64,000 nucleotides of DNA. It comes from Pontiella sp. GTDB lineage: Bacteria; Verrucomicrobiota; Kiritimatiellia; Kiritimatiellales; Pontiellaceae. The notes beneath the pieces are model-generated. The model was not told the DNA's origin, searched no databases, and saw only the letters and a list, made by a program, of their open reading frames with translations. The stretch's first letter is position 1. Each line of letters starts with the position of its first letter. The DNA lies in the NCBI GenBank assembly GCA_050290185.1, contig JBNKHE010000003.1, positions 64,001 through 128,000 of the forward strand. Direction: 5' to 3'. Shown here one piece after another: positions 58,259 to 64,000 of this stretch. The position numbers and the translations under genes are program-made.

Positions 58259-59635
58259 ATGAACATATTCAAAGCCAAACCATTAAACCTCTCCGACAAC
58301 TTCATTCTTAAAGTCCTGGTCCTCTGTGCCATGTATGTTGCGCAGGGAGTTACGCATGGATTTATCACGACAACCTTGGTTTATCACCTGACCGACAAGG
58401 GACTGGAAAGCGATGCGATCGGGGGGATGATGGCGATCGCATCCTATCCGTGGGCGATCAAATGGGTGTGGGGGCCCATTATCGACCGTTTCACCTTTCC
58501 GGCTATGGGCCGCCGCCGGCCATGGATCATTGGCGCACAACTGATGATGTCCGCCACGATGTTTTTACTGCTGTTAATCGGGGATATGACCTCAAGCATG
58601 CGCGCTGTGGCGTGGATTATCTTCCTCCACAACATTTTTAAATCGATCCAGGATGTTTCGGTGGATGCGCTGGCGGTGGATGTGATCGAGGAGTCGCAAC
58701 GCGGGAAAATAAACGGGCTCATGTATGGCTGCAGCTATGTAGGCGCCATGTTTGGGACCGCCTTCACATTTATTATGACGCGGGCCGGAATGGATGCTGC
58801 GCTGCTGACCATGATCGGTATTCTTTTTCTCATCATGCTCCTTCCGGTTTTTGTCCGGGAACGTGCGGGCGAAAAGCTGCTGCCATGGACTGCGGGGGAG
58901 GCGCAGCTAACCGGTTCGAACGCGATTGTATCATCCTCAAGGGAGCTTTTTTTATCGCTCCGCAAGGCCTTTTCTTTACGGTCGAGCATATGCACCGGGA
59001 TTTTGGCAGTGCTCATCTACATCGCGATCACGGTCATGGTGCCGCTGGATGCCATTCTCAGGATGAAAAAGTTGGGTTACAGCGCGGATTTCTTGGCACA
59101 GCTCGGCATCATTGAAACAGTGACTGCCATGGCCGGTGCCATGGGAGGGGGCTTTGTTGCCGATAAAATCGGCCACAAGAAATCAATTGTCATTTGTCTT
59201 TCAAGCCTGAGCTTTTTCTGGGCAGCCAACGGCTTCCTGTCATCGCTATGGTTCAGCAAAACCTACATGTATGTTCTGACCGCGGTGCCCGGCCTTTTAA
59301 CCGGTTTTATGGCGACAAGCTATTTCTCCCTAGCGATGGATGTTTCATGGAAGAAGGTGGCGGGCAGCCAGTTTTCCTCCTATATGGCCCTCATGAATCT
59401 TTCCATGGTGATCGCCTACAAATTGTCCTCTCCGCTGGAATCGTTCTGTACCCGGCTGGTCGGCGGTTCGGTTGGTGACTTTCTTCGCGGGTTGGGATGC
59501 TTCCAACACGATGAGGTGACGCCATATGCCATCATCTACATCTTTATGGCACTCTTCCATATCGTGGTTCTCGTTCCGCTACTGCTCATCGATCCGCATC
59601 AGGCACGAAATGCGTTCGGTGTAGAGGAAACATAA
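58259..59635 (+). CDS. MFS transporter, AmpG-like
   Basis: PWAIKWVWGPIIDR, GRRRPW, QDVSVDALAVD, SQFSSYMALMNL. Confidence 0.85.
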   Translation: MNIFKAKPLNLSDNFILKVLVLCAMYVAQGVTHGFITTTLVYHLTDKGLESDAIGGMMAIASYPWAIKWVWGPIIDRFTFPAMGRRRPWIIGAQLMMSATMFLLLLIGDMTSSMRAVAWIIFLHNIFKSIQDVSVDALAVDVIEESQRGKINGLMYGCSYVGAMFGTAFTFIMTRAGMDAALLTMIGILFLIMLLPVFVRERAGEKLLPWTAGEAQLTGSNAIVSSSRELFLSLRKAFSLRSSICTGILAVLIYIAITVMVPLDAILRMKKLGYSADFLAQLGIIETVTAMAGAMGGGFVADKIGHKKSIVICLSSLSFFWAANGFLSSLWFSKTYMYVLTAVPGLLTGFMATSYFSLAMDVSWKKVAGSQFSSYMALMNLSMVIAYKLSSPLESFCTRLVGGSVGDFLRGLGCFQHDEVTPYAIIYIFMALFHIVVLVPLLLIDPHQARNAFGVEET

Positions 59636-59644
59636 CCCCGCATG

Positions 59645-59955
59645 CGTCGCCACTTCGCGCAATTGGAGCATTATCCCAAATGATCCGGGTTTGCTGTGGC
59701 CGGTGAGCCTGTTTTCGCATTGGATGTATCCGTTCAATCCGAAATTCCCGAACTGCTCAAGAAGCTGCGCTCCACGCACAATCTGGCTTTTCTCTTCATC
59801 AGTCATGACCTCGCCGTGGTCTGAAATGTATGCGACCGTGTGGCGGTGATGTATGACGGTGAAATCGTTGAAACCGGTGCCGTGGCCGATGTTATCGACG
59901 ATCCGCAGCACGAATATACCCGCAAGCTCTCCTCGCCGCCGTCCCTTCGTTTTAA
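59645..59955 (+). pseudogene. Fragment of an OppF-like ABC ATPase
   Basis: [49 protein letters not shown]; stop at 59822-59824; no Walker A. Confidence 0.82.
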
Positions 59956-60010
59956 CCGGGACGGGCAGGATACGAAGTCTGCGGCAGGGTCCCCTGAATC
60001 GATTTTAAGC

Positions 60011-60050
60011 AAAAAAAAACACCCCGCTATCGACGGGGTGTTTTGCTTTT
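60011..60050 (-). terminator. Intrinsic terminator of the PPIase gene (probably bidirectional)
   Basis: AAAAAAAAACACCCCG-CTATCGA-CGGGGTGTTTTG. Confidence 0.8.
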
Positions 60051-60066
60051 CAACGAAAGGGATGGA

Positions 60067-61158
60067 TTACATCTCTTCGATGGTGGCGCTGTTGCGCAGA
60101 CCTTCGATGTAGTCGGAAACGGCCTGCTGCTTATTCTGGTTGGTCAGATACGCAATGATCTTATCTTTGACTTCGTCGAATGCCATGGTGCCTTCTTCAG
60201 CATGTTCGCTCACCTTGATGATGTGATAGCCAAACTGGGTTTCAACGATGGGGCCGACTTCGCCCAGTTCCTGGGAAAAGGCTGCCACTTCGAATTCGGG
60301 AACCATCTGGCCCTTACCGAAGGATCCCAGATCGCCGCCGCGTGCACTGCTGGGGCAGTCGGAGTCTGCGGTTGCGGCATCTTCGAAGGTGACCGTTCCG
60401 GCAATAATATTATCGCGGATTTCCTGAAGTTTGGCTTTTTTCTCGGCCTTGGTTTCCTCGGTATCTTCCGGATCGAACTGGATCAGGATATGGCTGGCGG
60501 AAACCGTTTCAGGCTGGGTGAACTGATCGGGGTTGGAGTCGTAGAATTCCTGTGCATCCGCTTCGGTAGCTTCTGCGATGTCTGCGGTCTGCTGTTCGAT
60601 CAACTGCTGGGCAGCGAGATCCTGGGCCAGGTTCTTCTTGAAGGATTCAAGATCCTGTCCGCGGGATTCAAGGATGCCTTCGATGGTCTGTCCTTCGGGA
60701 ATGTTGCCTTTGATTTCCTCGATGGTTTCGGCGATCTTGGCATCGTCGACCTGAATGCCGGCGGCTGCCACGGCTGAGGTAATCAGTTTCTTGGTAATGA
60801 GGTCATTTTTGATCTGGCTGTAGATCTGGGCCTGCATCTGCTGCATCTGCTCCGGAGCAACTCCCCGGCCGGCAAATTGCTGCATGGCCATATCCATCAT
60901 TTCCATGATTTCGCCGCGGGTGATGTCTTCTCCGTTTACACGAACCACGACGGCTTCCGGATCGGTTGTAAGCGGGTTGGCTTTGATGGGGGCCGTAAAC
61001 AGATCTTCAGTCTGGGTGAGATCTACGGGTTCGGGTGCGGGCGTGTTAACTTCGTTTTCCTTGCAACCTGCAAGTACAAGTACTGCCACTGCGGGGAGAA
61101 CCATTACGATTCTATTATTTACCAACTTATCGAACATCGGTCTTGATCCTTTCTTCAT
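60067..61158 (-). CDS. Parvulin-type peptidyl-prolyl isomerase lipoprotein (PrsA/SurA-like)
   Basis: LAGC lipobox, ASHILI, GGDLG, MVPEFE, VETQFGYHII; start uncertain. Confidence 0.9.
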   Translation of the reverse strand: MKKGSRPMFDKLVNNRIVMVLPAVAVLVLAGCKENEVNTPAPEPVDLTQTEDLFTAPIKANPLTTDPEAVVVRVNGEDITRGEIMEMMDMAMQQFAGRGVAPEQMQQMQAQIYSQIKNDLITKKLITSAVAAAGIQVDDAKIAETIEEIKGNIPEGQTIEGILESRGQDLESFKKNLAQDLAAQQLIEQQTADIAEATEADAQEFYDSNPDQFTQPETVSASHILIQFDPEDTEETKAEKKAKLQEIRDNIIAGTVTFEDAATADSDCPSSARGGDLGSFGKGQMVPEFEVAAFSQELGEVGPIVETQFGYHIIKVSEHAEEGTMAFDEVKDKIIAYLTNQNKQQAVSDYIEGLRNSATIEEM

Positions 61159-61265
61159 GATTCAACTAATACACCGCACTTACTCAAATGCGTAAGATAT
61201 GACACAGTGTTCCTTTGGGGAACAAATGTCAACGCAATCAGACGATTTAGCAGAGGGGCCGTTCA

Positions 61266-61613
61266 ATGATAAAACCGGAAATATTAGAGCAATTCTCCTG
61301 TTCGGGGTGCGGTGAGTGCTGTCGGTGGGGGGGCTCGGTACTTCTCGAAGAGGAAGACATCCCGCGATTGGCTTCGTATCTGGGCTTGAGCGAGCAGGAA
61401 TTCATCGACGGGCATACGCGTCTGGCACCGAACCGCCGGCAGCTCGCCCTGCTGGATCAGTCCGATGGAAGTTGTGCATTTCTGGATGGCAACCACTGCT
61501 CCATCTATGCAGCCCGGCCGGAGCAATGCCGGACGTTCCCGTTTGCGTGGCATGTAGCCGAGGGTTGCCCGGAGCTCGATAAACTGCTGGCCCAGGCAAG
61601 AGAAAAACATTGA
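61266..61613 (+). CDS. YkgJ-family Cys-cluster protein
   Basis: CSGCGECC, CAFL, CSIYAARPEQCRTFPF. Confidence 0.88.
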   Translation: MIKPEILEQFSCSGCGECCRWGGSVLLEEEDIPRLASYLGLSEQEFIDGHTRLAPNRRQLALLDQSDGSCAFLDGNHCSIYAARPEQCRTFPFAWHVAEGCPELDKLLAQAREKH

Positions 61614-61673
61614 TCAAGCCCCGCGCAAACCGTAGTTTTCCGCTTTTATTCACTGCGAATCAGGAGAGAGAAC

Positions 61674-62108
61674 ATGGTCATGGACGTAAATGAAATTCTT
61701 GGCATACTGCCGCACCGCTACCCCTTCATGCTGGTAGACCGGATTATTGAGCTGGATATCGAGGCCAGACGGATTGTCGGGTACAAAAACCTGACCTTCA
61801 ACGAACCCTTTTTTCAAGGTCATTTCCCTGGTGAACCGATTATGCCTGGCGTAATGCAGCTCGAAGCCATGGCCCAGGTGGCCGGTATCCTGTTGAACAA
61901 GGTGAACGACAAGGAAGGTCAGATTGCTTATTTTATGTCGATCGACAAGGCCAAGTTCCGCCGCAAGGTGGTTCCAGGGGATACGCTTCGCATGGAGATG
62001 CAAGTCATCAAGGAGCGGACCGGACGGATGGCCGTGGTTCAGGGCATTTCCTATGTCGGTGATGAAAAGGCCAGCCAGGCCGAGCTGATGTTTGGTTACG
62101 GAGCATAG
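61674..62108 (+). CDS. fabZ: 3-hydroxyacyl-ACP dehydratase
   Basis: LPHRYPFMLVDR, GHFPGEPIMPGV..EAMAQ. Confidence 0.96.
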   Translation: MVMDVNEILGILPHRYPFMLVDRIIELDIEARRIVGYKNLTFNEPFFQGHFPGEPIMPGVMQLEAMAQVAGILLNKVNDKEGQIAYFMSIDKAKFRRKVVPGDTLRMEMQVIKERTGRMAVVQGISYVGDEKASQAELMFGYGA

Positions 62109-62109
62109 C

Positions 62110-62886
62110 ATGGCCAACATACACCCAACAGCCATCGTGGCCGATGGGGCGCAGATTGCCGATGATGCTATCATCGGGCCTTATTGCACAATCAGTCCCG
62201 AGGCCGTTATTGGAAGTGGAACCGAACTGATTTCGCACGTCGTGATCGAAGGCCATACCATTCTGGGCGAAGGCAACCGTGTTTCCCCGTTTGCTGTGCT
62301 CGGCGGGCGCACGCAGGACCTGAAGTTCAAGGGCGGCATGCCCGGTGTAAAGATTGGCGACAACAACACGATCCGTGAATACGTTACCATAAACGCCGCC
62401 ACGAATGACGGTGATTTTACCACGGTGGGTAATGATTGCCACATCCTGGCATATTCGCATATCGCACACTGCTGCCATATCGGCAATGGAGTGGTGATTG
62501 TCAATGCCTGCCAGATTGCCGGGCATGTGGTTGTTGAGGATCTGGCCACGATTGAGGGATCAGTCGGAATTGTCCAGTTCATGCGCGTGGGAACGATGGC
62601 CTACGTGGGGGCAATGTCCAAGATCAGCAAGGACGTTCCTCCCTACATGATTGCCCATGGTGATCCCATTCAAATCCGCAGCTTCAACCGTATCGGCATG
62701 GAGCGCCGCGGGATTGATGATGCCGGCCGCAAGGCCGTCAAAGAGGCTTATCGCATTCTTTACCGTCAGGATGATCTGACGGTCACCGACGCGCTCGATA
62801 AGATTGAGGCTGAGGTGGAGCAGACGCCGGAGATCCGGCACCTGCTTGAGTTTTGCCGAGCCTCCGAAAAAGGCATTACCCGCTAG
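62110..62886 (+). CDS. lpxA: UDP-N-acetylglucosamine acyltransferase
   Basis: IHPTAIV, QDLKF, IREYVTI, HIAH, DVPPY; follows fabZ. Confidence 0.95.
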   Translation: MANIHPTAIVADGAQIADDAIIGPYCTISPEAVIGSGTELISHVVIEGHTILGEGNRVSPFAVLGGRTQDLKFKGGMPGVKIGDNNTIREYVTINAATNDGDFTTVGNDCHILAYSHIAHCCHIGNGVVIVNACQIAGHVVVEDLATIEGSVGIVQFMRVGTMAYVGAMSKISKDVPPYMIAHGDPIQIRSFNRIGMERRGIDDAGRKAVKEAYRILYRQDDLTVTDALDKIEAEVEQTPEIRHLLEFCRASEKGITR

Positions 62887-62890
62887 CGCA

Positions 62891-62916
62891 TCAGGGCCCG
62901 GAACTCCGGGCCCTGA
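62891..62916 (+). terminator. Strong hairpin after lpxA
   Basis: TCAGGGCCCGGA-AC-TCCGGGCCCTGA; weak U-tract. Confidence 0.55.
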
Positions 62917-63037
62917 AATATTTCCGCCCGTTTCGTTTATTCCCCCTTTCAAAATTTTCCGACTTTTGAACGCCCGTCGCGTTCGTAAATCTAAACTTTC
63001 ACCTTTGCATGATGAACCATCAACAAGGAGTGAAAAT

Positions 63038-64000
63038 ATGCGGAGTGTGAAGATTCTGATTGTCGGTGTGGTTATGATGGCTTGCATGGCCTGTTCGGTT
63101 GTGGAGGCCAAAGACGTTAGTGTTTTGCAGGAAACGGGCAGCGCCTTTGCGGCCATTGCGAAACAAGCCTTGCCGGCGGTGGTGTTTGTTAACGTCGACT
63201 CCACCGTGGAGGTGGAAGTTCCCCGGTACAGGGGCAACGATCCGTTTGAACAGTTCTACAGGTGGCAGAATCCCTATAACCAGCCCCGGAGTCCGGGAAT
63301 TCGCAAATACCATCAGCAGGGGCAAGGGTCGGGATTCATCATTTCCAAAGACGGTTACATCCTGACCAACAACCATGTCATCAACAATGCGGACAACATT
63401 ACCGTGACGCTGGGCGACGGCCGGAAGTTCGAGGCCGTGCTGGTCGGAACCGATCCCGAAACCGAAGTGGCTTTGATCAAGATTGAAGACGATTCGGATT
63501 TCCCATATTTGGAACTTGGAGACTCCGATGCCCTGGACGTTGGCGAATGGGTGTTGGCGGCGGGCAATCCCTTCGGGCTGTCGCAGACCATTACCGCCGG
63601 CATCGTTAGCGCCAAGGAACGGAGCGAAGTAGGGATTACGGAGTATGCCGATTTCATCCAGACCGACGCGGCCATCAATCCCGGGAATTCCGGGGGGCCG
63701 CTGTTGAACATCCACGGTGAGGTGGTCGGTATCAATACGGCGATCTATTCACAAACCGGCGGCTACATGGGCATCGGTTTTGCCATTCCAATCAACCAGG
63801 CGGTCGCGATCAAGGACCAGCTCATTGCGTACGGCGAGGCCCGTCACAGCGTATTGGGCATCTATATTCAGGAGGTCGACGAGGAACTGGCGGAGCGTTT
63901 CGGGCTTGAGGAGTCGGGTGGGATTCTTATTTCGCAAGTGAAGCAGGGGTCCGCCGCCGACGCGGCTGGACTGAAGACGGGCGATATTGTGGTTGAACTC
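63038..64000 (+). CDS. DegP/HtrA (Do family) serine protease, truncated by window end
   Basis: Own translation (absent from ORF track): signal peptide, GSGFIISKDGYILTNNHVI, FIQTDAAINPGNSGGPL, start of PDZ; AAGGAG RBS. Confidence 0.93.
   Translation, partial: MRSVKILIVGVVMMACMACSVVEAKDVSVLQETGSAFAAIAKQALPAVVFVNVDSTVEVEVPRYRGNDPFEQFYRWQNPYNQPRSPGIRKYHQQGQGSGFIISKDGYILTNNHVINNADNITVTLGDGRKFEAVLVGTDPETEVALIKIEDDSDFPYLELGDSDALDVGEWVLAAGNPFGLSQTITAGIVSAKERSEVGITEYADFIQTDAAINPGNSGGPLLNIHGEVVGINTAIYSQTGGYMGIGFAIPINQAVAIKDQLIAYGEARHSVLGIYIQEVDEELAERFGLEESGGILISQVKQGSAADAAGLKTGDIVVEL

Overview
This is a bacterial chromosomal window, probably PVC superphylum (Kiritimatiellota/Verrucomicrobiota-like). 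That taxonomy is an inference from the D-x-D-G-D...EY-x-A-x-T-D-P C-terminal modules, the exosortase/EpsI pair and gene style. Positions ~1-30.5 kb hold a co-oriented surface-polysaccharide/EPS locus: Wzx, Wzy-like protein, three sulfotransferase-like genes, GT2/GT4/GT26 glycosyltransferases, acetyltransferase, O-antigen ligase-TPR, epimerase, WbaP-like initiator, two secreted carbohydrate-active enzymes, an IS4 remnant, and a convergent sugar kinase-nucleotidyltransferase fusion. Positions ~30.5-64 kb are mostly housekeeping: amidohydrolase, ilvD, tRNA-Gly, exosortase/epsI, gatCAB, polA, tpiA, secG, opp cluster with M3 peptidase, PPIase, fabZ, lpxA and a partial degP. The main unexplained signal is a short-period repeat system. 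Two four-helix-bundle (Avd-like/TIGR02436-type) genes each sit in an array of their own degenerate 7-bp repeat. Short arrays of those and about ten other 7-mer families, plus 9-mer and palindromic motifs, occur as in-frame insertions in at least seven genes of the locus and at several gene junctions elsewhere. Paralog and internal-domain comparisons show that some blocks are true insertions. Stop codons are avoided specifically in the reading frame, which suggests the blocks are translated. Their function is unknown. All calls are motif-based, made by eye without database searches.
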